This document shows positions 40,978 through 50,334 of a stretch of DNA of 64,000 nt, in pieces. Position numbers and translations under genes: made by a program. The notes under the pieces are model-generated. The model saw nothing but the letters and a program-made list of their open reading frames with translations. It did not search any database and was not told where the DNA came from. Each line of letters begins with the position of its first letter. Position 1 is the stretch's first letter. The stretch lies in the NCBI GenBank assembly GCA_038891095.1, contig JAWAEV010000002.1, forward strand, positions 1-64,000. Reading direction: 5' to 3'. The DNA is from Candidatus Altiarchaeota archaeon (GTDB lineage Archaea; Altiarchaeota; Altiarchaeia; IMC4; QMZM01).

Positions 40978-41499
40978 ATGAAAAAAATTTCTTCTGGGGT
41001 TCTAATTGGCACAAAGATTCTTGTTGTTGAGCCAACACTGAAGTCTTTCTTAAAGGAGAAAGGTTTTGGTGAAGAAAATGGCTCAAGAATTGAACTCTCA
41101 TTAATTGAAGCCCTTTTTTTAATTGATACGAATGTCATGGAAGTCGTAAAAGATGGAAAAAAAATTAGCTTTGAAGAGCTTGCTCAAATTGGAGGAAGAA
41201 TAGAAAAGAACTTCTATGAAAAATATCTTGTATTTAAAGATCTTCGCTCAAGGGGACTAATTGTTAGAACTGGTTTTAAATTTGGCGCAGATTTTAGAGT
41301 TTATGAAAGAGGTAAAACAATAAAGGATTCACATTCAAAAATTTTAGTTCATGTTGTCCCTGAAGAATACAAATGCTCATTTCCAGAACTTTCAAGAGCG
41401 GTAAGAGTTGCAAATACAGTAAATAAGAGGATGGTTTTTGCAATTGTTGATGAGGAAGGTAGTATAACTTACTATGCTATCGATAGAATAAGTATTTGA
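40978..41499 (+). CDS. endA: tRNA-intron endonuclease (single-unit, alpha4-type size)
   Basis: LSLIEALFL, GFKFGADFRVY, HSK, NK (Y/H/K triad present); 173 aa. Confidence 0.93.
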   Translation: MKKISSGVLIGTKILVVEPTLKSFLKEKGFGEENGSRIELSLIEALFLIDTNVMEVVKDGKKISFEELAQIGGRIEKNFYEKYLVFKDLRSRGLIVRTGFKFGADFRVYERGKTIKDSHSKILVHVVPEEYKCSFPELSRAVRVANTVNKRMVFAIVDEEGSITYYAIDRISI

Positions 41500-41530
41500 A
41501 TTTAAACTTAGATTTTCTATAAAATATAGA

Positions 41531-41739
41531 GGGGCTGTGGGGTAACTTGGCATCCTAACAGGCTCCAGAGAGCTCCTTTCTTTTTTAGAAAAAAGAAAGG
41601 TGCTTCACATCCAAAGAAAAAATTTGGAAAGCTTTGGAGTGCTGAGTCATGCATCATGACAATGAAGAGAGGAGGGTCAACAGATTGGTGAAGAGCATGG
41701 AGTGACCTGTCGATGGGGGTTCAAATCCCCCCGGCCCCA
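41531..41739 (+). tRNA. trnW: tRNA-Trp(CCA) with 136-nt intron at 37/38 (exons 41531-41568 and 41705-41739)
   Basis: Acceptor GGGGCTG/CGGCCCC-A, anticodon stem ACAGG/CCTGT, CCA at 41565-67, T arm GGGGG-TTCAAAT-CCCCC; BHB with CTCC/GGAG helix and AGA/TGA bulges. Confidence 0.93.
41569..41704 (+). ncRNA. Intron-encoded box C/D guide RNA predicted to methylate C34 and C39 of its own pre-tRNA
   Basis: TTTGGAGTG-CTGA (D') pairs with CTCCAGA, fifth base on C34; ATGAAGA (C'); GGGTCAA-CAGA (D) pairs with TGACCT, fifth base on C39; box C not canonical. Confidence 0.7.
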
Positions 41740-41755
41740 AATCTCTTTTAGTAAA

Positions 41756-42253
41756 ATGGAATGTGAAACTTGTGGAAGGTATATAGAGCGTGGCAAGAAA
41801 GTAAAGCTTGAAGGTTCTATTGTTATTACCTGTGATGAATGCGCAGCTTATGGTGAAGTTATAGATGAAGTAACAATACAAAAAAAGGATAAAGCTCAGA
41901 GAGATGAAAAAAAAGTAAATGAGTTATTTGATATAGAATTTTCTGATGAAGAAAGGCTTATTGAAAATTTTGGAAATATTATAAAGAATGCAAGAGAGAA
42001 AGCAAACATGAAACAAGAAGATTTAGCAAAAAAAATTAACCAGCCAAAGTCTTTAATTCAAAGAATTGAAACAGGTAAGTTCAAACCATCTGTTGGACTT
42101 GCAAAAAAATTAGAAAAAATTCTTAATGTTAAACTTGTTGAAAATTCTGAAGAGGAAAAAGAAAATAAGATGGTAAAAACATTATCAACTGTGGAGAAAA
42201 GTAAAGATATAACTCTTGGTGATTTAGTAGTCATAAGAAAAAAAGAAAAATGA
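41756..42253 (+). CDS. mbf1: Archaeal multiprotein bridging factor 1 (zinc ribbon + HTH)
   Basis: MECETCG...C.ECA.YG, IKNARE..MKQEDLAKKI, ITLGD; start corrected to 41756 so it does not overlap the tRNA. Confidence 0.92.
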   Translation: MECETCGRYIERGKKVKLEGSIVITCDECAAYGEVIDEVTIQKKDKAQRDEKKVNELFDIEFSDEERLIENFGNIIKNAREKANMKQEDLAKKINQPKSLIQRIETGKFKPSVGLAKKLEKILNVKLVENSEEEKENKMVKTLSTVEKSKDITLGDLVVIRKKEK

Positions 42254-43683
42254 ATCTACATGTTCTTTTACTAATTTTTTTTGCAGTTGGAACATTTCTT
42301 CTTTCAAAAACAAAATTTGAGAGACACGCTATAATTTTTCTTATAAGAACAAAATATTTCCTTAAGTTTATAGAAGGTACAGCCAATATATCAAAAAAAT
42401 TTTGGAAATTTTTTGCAGACTTAGCAATAATTTTTTCTTTTTCTGCTCTAGGAGTAAAATATATATCAAAATATAACAACTGCAAGGTCGCTATGTCAAT
42501 TCTTACAACTGGAATAATCTTTTCCTTATTTTTCTCAAAAACAATAATGACTTTTTTAATTCTTATTTTTTTGTTTGCAATACTCTCAAAATCTTTAGAG
42601 AATGTTAAGAGTGAGAATGTCAATTTCTTTGTTTTCTCAGTATTGCTATCATTTATATGGTTCAAAATTTTAAGTGGTATACTTTTAAATTTTCCTGATT
42701 TTTCTGTTTTAGTTATAACTTCAATTATTGCTGGAACTTTTGGAATTCCTGCGTTGGTTGTGATAAGCTTTATACACCAAGGTTATTTGATAATTTTTGA
42801 AAATTTGAACACACCAGGAATTTCACCATTTATACCTTCTGTTGAAAAGGGTGAAATTGTCCTCTCAGCTCCAGGAACTGGATTTTCAATTCCAATTCTA
42901 TATGCTCTATTTGCTATAACAATAGCTATATTCTCCCATGAGTTTGCACATGGTATTCTTGCTTGTGCAAATAGAATAAAATTAAAATCAACAGGAATTG
43001 CAACTCTTGGAATTTTACCAATAGGCGCATTTGTTGAGCCAGATGAGGATGAAATGAATAAAAAAGACACTTTAACAAGATCAAGAATTTTTGCAGTTGG
43101 CTCATTTTCAAATTTTCTTGTTGCAGTAGTTTTCCTCTTTATATGGTATTATTCACCAATTTTATTTTCATCTTTTAGTGATGGTGTTATTATAACTGGA
43201 ACACAGCCTGGTTATAGCGCATATGAAAAAATAAAGACAAATACTATTGTCTATGAAATAAATTCTATAAGAGTCAGAAATATTGCAGAATTTCAAAATG
43301 AAATGTCAAAGCTAAAGCCTATGGATGAGTTAATACTAAAAACAAACTATGGTGAAATTTCCTTAATTGCAAGTGGAAATCCAAAAAATCCAAATAGTGC
43401 ATATCTTGGAGTTATGCTGATCCCACATATACCTGAATTCCTCTCCGAAACTTTATTTTGGACTTTTTTCATTAATTTTAGCATCGCTCTTGTAAATCTT
43501 TTGCCTTTAATACCGCTCGATGGAGGAAGAATTTTCAAGGAATTTATTTTTAGCTTTAAGATAAGTAAAAAAATGCAGGAAAGAATTTTTTATAGTGTCG
43601 CTACATTAACACTATTTCTTATTTTTGTGAATATACTACCACTTTTTAGAATGACTATCAATTTTATCTCAGGCTTATTCTAA
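42250..43683 (+). CDS. Site-2 protease (M50) with PDZ-like domain
   Basis: HEFAHG, GAFVEPD, NLLPLIPLDGG; many TM segments. Confidence 0.92.
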   Translation: MNLHVLLLIFFAVGTFLLSKTKFERHAIIFLIRTKYFLKFIEGTANISKKFWKFFADLAIIFSFSALGVKYISKYNNCKVAMSILTTGIIFSLFFSKTIMTFLILIFLFAILSKSLENVKSENVNFFVFSVLLSFIWFKILSGILLNFPDFSVLVITSIIAGTFGIPALVVISFIHQGYLIIFENLNTPGISPFIPSVEKGEIVLSAPGTGFSIPILYALFAITIAIFSHEFAHGILACANRIKLKSTGIATLGILPIGAFVEPDEDEMNKKDTLTRSRIFAVGSFSNFLVAVVFLFIWYYSPILFSSFSDGVIITGTQPGYSAYEKIKTNTIVYEINSIRVRNIAEFQNEMSKLKPMDELILKTNYGEISLIASGNPKNPNSAYLGVMLIPHIPEFLSETLFWTFFINFSIALVNLLPLIPLDGGRIFKEFIFSFKISKKMQERIFYSVATLTLFLIFVNILPLFRMTINFISGLF

Positions 43684-45327
43684 TTTTTTTCCCATATAAA
43701 CCCCACATCTCCTATAGAAAAATTTTCTATAGTAATTTCTTGCTCCTATACCAGAAGTTACAAGAATTTTTTTCATGTCAAATTCCTCAGATGAGATTTT
43801 TTCTGCTTCTTCAAGGAGTTCTCTCCCATAGCCGCGATGTTGCCATTCCTCCTTTGGTTTTTCACCAATTTCGAGCATTGGACCATAAATATGTAACTCT
43901 CTGACCAATGCTGTATTCTTTTTAATTTCACTTCTGAAAGGTTTCCATGGAATTCTCAACCTAAGAAAGCCAATTAAAATATCTTGCTTTACATCTTCAA
44001 AAGAAAGAAAAATCTCGTTCCCATTACTTGCCTCATAATCCCTTCTGACTATCTCTATATCCTCCTCTTTTGGAAAAATTCCTCTTTTTATAGCATATCC
44101 AACTTCTCTGCATCTAATACAAGAGCATTTTATCTTTCTTTTTTCCATTTCCCTATAAACAATTTGCCCAAGATTACTTGCTTTAACTCCTGCTTCAATT
44201 AGCTGTGAAGGTATATCTCTTTGAATTCTCATTGTCCTTACCCATGGTGGCATAATCTTCTTAATTTCTAAAATTTCTTCCACAGCGTCATGAGTTTCTA
44301 AAGGTTTAAATTTTTTTGATTTCCACATTTCATAATACTCAGTGCCTTTCAAAATCAAGCAAGGATATATCTTTACCATATCTGGCTTAAATCTCTGATC
44401 AGAAAAAATTAAATTAAAAGCTTCAAGGTCTTTTTCAAAGTTTTTTCCAATCAATCCAGGCATCATGTGATAGCAAACTTTCAATCCAGAGTCTTTCAAT
44501 TGTTGTGTTGCTTCAACCACATCATTTAATGTATGGCCTCTATTAACTTTTTTATAAACTGAATCAAAAGGTAGTTGAACTCCAATTTCAACTCTTGTAA
44601 CACCAAATTTAAGCATTTGGTTTATTTGCTCTTTTTTTGCATAATCTGGCCTAGGTTCAAATGTCATACCAACACAGCGAACATATGAATTTTCATTTTC
44701 TTTTTGAATTTTCTCTAATGGAATCTTAACCTTTTTTTCTTTCTTAAAATTCTCAATGAATTTCTCACTTCCAAATTTTTTTATTTTTTTATTATTCTCT
44801 GGAAAATCATTCATAGCTCTTAAACATTCACTGACGAAATATTTTTGGTAGCTTAAAGGTTGTGCTGTTAATGTGCCTCCCATAACAATCAATTCAACTT
44901 TATCTATAGGGTGTCCAATCTCCTTCAATTGATGCAAACGAAATGTCACTTGCAAGTAAGGATCAAAAGAATAGCTTAACGCTCTAAGTGTTGCTGGTTC
45001 TTTGCCAGTATAACTTTGAGGTGCACCAATTTCTGGACCTCCAGGACAATAAGCGCATTTGCCATGAGGACATTTTGAAGGTTTTGTCATTACAGCGACA
45101 ATTGCAACTCCAGAAATTGTTCTTGATGGTTTCTTCTGTAGAATTTTTAAAATTTTTTCTCGTTCATTTTCATTTTTTGCATTTTTCAGAATATCTGAAT
45201 TCTTAATGAACACTGGAAGATGAAACTTTTCTGATAATTTCTTTTTCTCTAAATCAACTTGCTCTTTTGTTTTTATCTCACCACTAAGAATTTTCCTTAT
45301 TATTTCACGAGAAATTTTTTTTAGCAT
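43675..45327 (-). CDS. elp3: tRNA uridine(34) acetyltransferase Elp3
   Basis: CPHGKCAYCPGG, QSYTGKEP, KIYP, RIQRDIP, VRELHIYG, QHRGYG. Confidence 0.96.
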   Translation of the reverse strand: MLKKISREIIRKILSGEIKTKEQVDLEKKKLSEKFHLPVFIKNSDILKNAKNENEREKILKILQKKPSRTISGVAIVAVMTKPSKCPHGKCAYCPGGPEIGAPQSYTGKEPATLRALSYSFDPYLQVTFRLHQLKEIGHPIDKVELIVMGGTLTAQPLSYQKYFVSECLRAMNDFPENNKKIKKFGSEKFIENFKKEKKVKIPLEKIQKENENSYVRCVGMTFEPRPDYAKKEQINQMLKFGVTRVEIGVQLPFDSVYKKVNRGHTLNDVVEATQQLKDSGLKVCYHMMPGLIGKNFEKDLEAFNLIFSDQRFKPDMVKIYPCLILKGTEYYEMWKSKKFKPLETHDAVEEILEIKKIMPPWVRTMRIQRDIPSQLIEAGVKASNLGQIVYREMEKRKIKCSCIRCREVGYAIKRGIFPKEEDIEIVRRDYEASNGNEIFLSFEDVKQDILIGFLRLRIPWKPFRSEIKKNTALVRELHIYGPMLEIGEKPKEEWQHRGYGRELLEEAEKISSEEFDMKKILVTSGIGARNYYRKFFYRRCGVYMGKKLE

Positions 45328-46309
45328 TTTTTTTGATTTCAGCGTATTTTTTTCTATAAAACTTCAAAGGATGCTTTGCTTTACAATCTTCAGGACATAG
45401 GCCATATGCTTTTATTTTATCGCATCCAGGGCAATTGTATTTTACTGAAGATTTCTCACCTGAGAGAAATTCAACTTGATAGCGAGTTTTTTCTTCACTA
45501 AATTTTGGAAACGCTGAAAATATTTTTATTATCCTTTCCTTTTCTAAACCTAAATTTATGAAAAATGTCGCAAGGATGAACATCCCGTTATGAGAAATTT
45601 CTCCAGAGGAAAGTGCTTTTAGCATTTGTTTTATGCAGTTAGGAAGTGCATCCTCTTGGATTTCTTTGAAAGAGATTCTTTGCTTTGCTGTAAAAAGAGA
45701 GTTTAAATTTTTTGCAATTTCAGAAAATTCTTTTGGGATTTGAGAAAGCATTGAAGGTTCAATTGGTTCTATTATTTTTTCCCTTATAGCTTCTCTTATA
45801 AGCAAGAGTTTTTCATTTTCATAAATTTTTACTTTTCCTCTGAAAATTTCCCTATTAGCTAATTTCCACTTTGAATCCTTCTTTGATAAGTTCCTTGTGA
45901 GTTTTAAATATTCTTGAAATGGCATTTCTCCATCTAAAAATCTAATATTTAGATCATTTGCAATTAATTCTATTGTTTTTTCATTTTCTCTACTTAGAAA
46001 CTCAAAAATTTGCTGTGTTTCAGCTTCAGCATACTTCTCAACAATCATTTTATTTTTTGTTGCATGTACTAAAATTCTTGCAACTGCGAAACTTAAAATT
46101 GAAAATTCAGCTGAGATTTTATCTTCAAAATTTAAGCTTAAGGTTGAATTTAATGCGTCAATAACTCTTTGTCTGCCATGTTCTAATGCTATGGAATAAA
46201 TTGGATGTTCCTTAAGAGTTTTAAAATTTAAATTAAGTTCTCCTACATACTTTTTTGCATCCTCCAAGAAAGGATATTTCGCTAAAAATTGAATTCTATT
46301 TAAATCCAT
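45305..46309 (-). CDS. priL: DNA primase large subunit
   Basis: KYPFL..AK, LPNCI, F.EEKTRYQVE, Y.CPGCDKI...GLC...C.HPL. Confidence 0.9.
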   Translation of the reverse strand: MDLNRIQFLAKYPFLEDAKKYVGELNLNFKTLKEHPIYSIALEHGRQRVIDALNSTLSLNFEDKISAEFSILSFAVARILVHATKNKMIVEKYAEAETQQIFEFLSRENEKTIELIANDLNIRFLDGEMPFQEYLKLTRNLSKKDSKWKLANREIFRGKVKIYENEKLLLIREAIREKIIEPIEPSMLSQIPKEFSEIAKNLNSLFTAKQRISFKEIQEDALPNCIKQMLKALSSGEISHNGMFILATFFINLGLEKERIIKIFSAFPKFSEEKTRYQVEFLSGEKSSVKYNCPGCDKIKAYGLCPEDCKAKHPLKFYRKKYAEIKKNAKKNFS

Positions 46310-48213
46310 TTTATTAATAAAGGTAAAATTTTTGCTGCAATACTACCTAAGAGAACTGAGAAAATTATACTAAAAATCACTATCTTAACAGTTGTTTTAT
46401 ACCTAAATTCTTTAACTAATGTTGCAATTGTTGCAGCACAGGGCAAGTAATACATTGAGACTAATGCTAATGTTAGCATTTGTACCGGAGTAAAAATATC
46501 TGCAAGATTTGTTGTGTTATAATAGAGTGAAGGCATAATTAAAATTAATTCTTTTCTTACTATCCCAAAAATAAAGAAAATTCCTGATTCTGTAGGAAGA
46601 TTTAACAAGTTTACTGTTATCGGAGCTAAAATTTTTCCTATTAATCCAAGAATTCCAAAAATTTTTAAAATTACTAAAGCTAAACCGCCAAAAATGTAAT
46701 ACGGAAATACTATGAATATTATTGACTTTATTCTATGCCATGTTTGTATCACAATTGTTTTGATTGATGGCATTCTATAAGGTGGCATTTCCATTATTAG
46801 TTCTGTTGCTTCTCCAGGTAGTAGCCTAAATAAAACCCTGCTGAGAAGCATTATAATAGCTAAATTTAAGATATAGAAAAAAATTGTCCATTTCATTCCA
46901 AGATACGCTCCAACAAGTGCAAAAATTACAACACTTCTTGCAGTACAAGGAATCAATGTTATTGCAAATGCAGAAATTAATCTATCTCTTTGTGTTTCTA
47001 AGATTCTACAAGAAAAAATTGCAGGAACGTTACAACCATAACCCATAATTATAGGTATAACTGCCTTTCCATGCAAACCAACCTTATGCATAATTCTATC
47101 AAGAAGAAAGGCAATTCTTGGTAAATAGCCCGAATCCTCTAATAAAGATAGGATTAAATAGAATGGCAAAACATATGGAATAACTAAAGTTAGGCCAGCA
47201 ACAAAACCACCAACAATAGCCTCCCATATCAAAGGTTCTTTTAAATCCTCTGGTTTTAACTCTGAAAAAAAATTGCTAATTACTCCTGAAAGAAAATTAC
47301 CAAATGTAAATATTGAATAAAAAATAGAAAAGAAAATAAAGAGCATAATTATATAACCAAAAAACCAATGTGTTGTTAATCTTTCTAAATTCTCCGAAAG
47401 AACTTGTTTTCTAAATTTATAAGTTTTTTGGCATTTTCTTGCAAATTTGTTTGCTATTGCATATCTTTCAGATACTATAACTACTGAGGATTTCTCACCA
47501 TAAATTCTCTCTATTTCTTTTGAACATCCTCTTACATTTTTTATTATCTTTCCATCAATTTTCCCTATTAATTCAGTTATTTTTTCATCTTCTTCAAGAA
47601 GTTTTATAGCAACAAATCTTAAAGGATAAGGTATTTCATTTTCATATTTTTTTAGTAATGAAATAATTTTTTCTATTCTCTTTTCTATTTCATTACCATA
47701 TTTTATAGCAGTAGGTTTTTTATCAATCGAATTTAATGCTTTCTCTAATGTTTCATATATCCCTAAGCCCTCTGTTGCTATTGTGGGAACAACATCAATG
47801 TTTAGCAATTCTTGTAATTTTTTATAGTCTATGTGAACTCCTCTTTTTTTTGCAATGTCAATTTGGTTTAAAGCTATCACAATTGGCCTTTCCAATTCAA
47901 TAAGTTGAATTGTAAAAAATAGATTTCTCTCTAAGGTTGAAGCATCAATAATATTTATAATAACATCTGGTTTTTCCATTAGTATATAATCTCTTGCTAT
48001 CAACTCCTCTATAGAAAAAGTTGAAAAGGAGTATATCCCTGGAAGGTCAATTACATCTATTACATAATCTTTGAATGTTAATGTACCCTCTGCTTTCTCT
48101 ACAGTTTTACCAGGCCAATTTCCAATATGTTGATGTAGCCCAGTGAGATAATTAAAGAAGACTGATTTTCCAACATTTGCATTTCCAGATAGTGCAATCT
48201 TTATCTTTTTCAT
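46300..48213 (-). CDS. feoB: Ferrous iron transporter B
   Basis: GNANVGKS, GNWPGKTVE, DLPG, LEDSGYLPR, GYGCNVPA, MEMPPYR. Confidence 0.96.
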   Translation of the reverse strand: MKKIKIALSGNANVGKSVFFNYLTGLHQHIGNWPGKTVEKAEGTLTFKDYVIDVIDLPGIYSFSTFSIEELIARDYILMEKPDVIINIIDASTLERNLFFTIQLIELERPIVIALNQIDIAKKRGVHIDYKKLQELLNIDVVPTIATEGLGIYETLEKALNSIDKKPTAIKYGNEIEKRIEKIISLLKKYENEIPYPLRFVAIKLLEEDEKITELIGKIDGKIIKNVRGCSKEIERIYGEKSSVVIVSERYAIANKFARKCQKTYKFRKQVLSENLERLTTHWFFGYIIMLFIFFSIFYSIFTFGNFLSGVISNFFSELKPEDLKEPLIWEAIVGGFVAGLTLVIPYVLPFYLILSLLEDSGYLPRIAFLLDRIMHKVGLHGKAVIPIIMGYGCNVPAIFSCRILETQRDRLISAFAITLIPCTARSVVIFALVGAYLGMKWTIFFYILNLAIIMLLSRVLFRLLPGEATELIMEMPPYRMPSIKTIVIQTWHRIKSIIFIVFPYYIFGGLALVILKIFGILGLIGKILAPITVNLLNLPTESGIFFIFGIVRKELILIMPSLYYNTTNLADIFTPVQMLTLALVSMYYLPCAATIATLVKEFRYKTTVKIVIFSIIFSVLLGSIAAKILPLLIKWI

Positions 48214-48845
48214 TATTCTTTTTCAACAAATATTTTACTTGCTAGTCCTCTACCAATTGACAATTTTGAGCCCCTAACAGAAATTTCAATTGGGCAATTT
48301 AAGTGAGAGTTTATAACAGTTATTTTTGTATTTAGAGTGAGTCCCATATCCATCAATCTCATAGTTGCTTTTTTCCCAGCATTAATTTCAATAATTCTCC
48401 CTTTTTCACCTGATTTTAGATTTATTAGTGGTATTACCTCAACATTTTTACTTCTTGGGATTTCCATTCCAGTAGGTGACTTTTTAGGATAACCAATACT
48501 CTTATCAATCGCTTTTTCAACATCATCAGAAATTGCATGTTCTAGCTTACAGGCCTCTCTATGCAGTGTTTTTCTACTTAAGCCAATTATATCTAAAAAT
48601 TTTTCTAGTATCCTATGTCTCCTAACTATTTTCTCCCCAAGAAGTTTACCTTTATTAGTTAGAGAAATAGTGCTATATGGTTCATGTTTTATGTAACCTT
48701 CTTTATTCAAGCGCTGTAGCATTTCAGTTACACTTGCTGGCGATACATTTAGTAGTTTTGAAATATTAGTTGTTGTAATTTTTTCTCCCTTCTCCGTTAA
48801 TCTATAAATTGCTTCCAGATACTCCTCAGTGCTCTCCGTTGTCAT
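48213..48845 (-). CDS. DtxR/MntR-family metal-dependent regulator with C-terminal FeoA domain
   Basis: EEYLEAIY, VSPASVTEM, RRHRILE, EACKLEH, RLMDMGL...IGRGLASKI. Confidence 0.92.
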   Translation of the reverse strand: MTTESTEEYLEAIYRLTEKGEKITTTNISKLLNVSPASVTEMLQRLNKEGYIKHEPYSTISLTNKGKLLGEKIVRRHRILEKFLDIIGLSRKTLHREACKLEHAISDDVEKAIDKSIGYPKKSPTGMEIPRSKNVEVIPLINLKSGEKGRIIEINAGKKATMRLMDMGLTLNTKITVINSHLNCPIEISVRGSKLSIGRGLASKIFVEKE

Positions 48846-48856
48846 ATCCAATAGAA

Positions 48857-48872
48857 TTTAGGATATCCTAAA
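48857..48872. promoter_or_regulatory. DtxR-type operator palindrome upstream of dtxR-feoB
   Basis: Perfect 16-bp palindrome TTTAGGATATCCTAAA, 11 bp upstream of the ATG; fits TTAGG-N4-CCTAA. Confidence 0.8.
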
Positions 48873-48935
48873 ATAGTATAATTTATGGTAATCTATGTAT
48901 AAATATAGCAAGAAGGTAATATTCTATAAAGAAAA

Positions 48936-49556
48936 ATGCTATGCTACAGATGTGGTAAAGAAACAAAAAAAAGCTTATGCGAAGAATGTTTTCTTGAGCT
49001 AAATCCAATAAAGCTAAAAGAAATTAAGTTAATTGCTTGTGATTGTGGCAGATATAAACAAAAAAATATTTGGAAAGAAAATAAAATTAATTCTGTAATA
49101 AACAAAGTTGTTTTAGAGAATTTAATTTTACCTAAGGGTGCTTCAATTAAAAAATTATTTGTAGATGTCATAAAAACCGAGAGAAATAAAATTATTTTTG
49201 AGGTTAAAGCAAGTGTAAAATTCAATGAAAAAGAAATTTTAAATTTCTTTACTGGCGAAATAAAACTGGATAAGCAGCTGTGCAATACTTGCAGGAAGCT
49301 CAAAAGTTATGAAGCTATTCTACAATTTCGTGGGTTTGAGCCAAATATTAAAGAGATAGATACTAATTTAATTTCAAAAATTGAAAAAACGAATTATGGC
49401 TTAGATATCTACATTATAAATAAAGGATATGCAAGAAAAATTGCAAAAAAATTTAAAAAAATTGGTTATGATACTAAGGAATCACAAAAGTTATTTGGCA
49501 TAGATGAAAGTGGCAGAAGAAAATCAAGAATAACAATCTCTATAAGAAAAAAATGA
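48936..49556 (+). CDS. NMD3-like protein
   Basis: CYRCG..LCEEC, CDC, CNTC, YEAILQFR, R.TISIR. Confidence 0.85.
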   Translation: MLCYRCGKETKKSLCEECFLELNPIKLKEIKLIACDCGRYKQKNIWKENKINSVINKVVLENLILPKGASIKKLFVDVIKTERNKIIFEVKASVKFNEKEILNFFTGEIKLDKQLCNTCRKLKSYEAILQFRGFEPNIKEIDTNLISKIEKTNYGLDIYIINKGYARKIAKKFKKIGYDTKESQKLFGIDESGRRKSRITISIRKK

Positions 49557-50092
49557 TATCCATTGTTTATGATGTTGATATTTATAGAAAAATTTTAAGA
49601 GAAAGAGTTAATGAGGGGGATATTGTTATAGAAATAGGTCCACATATTGGTAAAAGTACCTCTTGCTATGAAAGGAAAGTAAAGCTTGGAATCCTTGTTG
49701 ATAAAAGCATTGAATCAGAAAAAGGTTTGCAGTCATTGCTAAAGAAAAATAAAAATTTGAAATTCATAAAAGGTGATGCAAGGTCGTTTAAAACAGTAAA
49801 AAAAGTTATGGAATTAACTAATAGCTGCAATTTCTTAGCTTTAGATGTTGGTGGTGGTAGATATCCCGATACTGTTTTTAAAATATGGGCGATTTGGAGT
49901 GGTGTTTTCAAACCAAAAAATTCAGTTATAAGAAATAGAGGTCTTGCAGAATTTGTTCAGAAATTAAAAATAGAGGATAAATCATTAAAAAGAAAATTTA
50001 GAGATGATGGTTGGCTTTCAGAATATGGAAGAGCAATTCCTTCAGCATTAAAAAAACAATTAGATGAATTTAAATTTTGGGTTAATATTTAA
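49553..50092 (+). CDS. Archaeal class I SAM-dependent methyltransferase-like protein
   Basis: VIEIGPHIG, VDKS, FIKGDAR, LDVGGGRYPDTV. Confidence 0.75.
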   Translation: MISIVYDVDIYRKILRERVNEGDIVIEIGPHIGKSTSCYERKVKLGILVDKSIESEKGLQSLLKKNKNLKFIKGDARSFKTVKKVMELTNSCNFLALDVGGGRYPDTVFKIWAIWSGVFKPKNSVIRNRGLAEFVQKLKIEDKSLKRKFRDDGWLSEYGRAIPSALKKQLDEFKFWVNI

Positions 50093-50334
50093 ATTTTTCT
50101 ATAAAAAGACTTGTTGATTATAAATTCGAGAATGTTTTAATTTATATTTTCTATCTTACTCGTCCTCAAAAATTTAGCAATAGTATTCTTGGAGGCATTC
50201 TAAATCTTCCCCATTTCTTTACTTCTCCAGGAATGAAATGTAAGCTATGGCGCAAAGTAGAGAAATTTTTATTTGATTTAGAAGAACTACTGGAGAAACA
50301 GTCCCTTTTTGATCTTAGTGTGAAAATAAATTAA
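50086..50334 (+). pseudogene. Possible gene remnant (stop-free frame without an upstream start)
   Basis: About 82 stop-free codons ...IKRLVDYKFENVLIYIFYLTRPQKF...PGMKCKLWRKVEKFLFDLEELLEKQ in AT-rich DNA. Confidence 0.3.

Noticed and set aside
41654-41881. Minus-strand ORF and the 5' extension of mbf1 to 41702
   Set aside because: Both overlap the tRNA-Trp 3' exon; GPGGFEPP is the typical antisense-tRNA translation.
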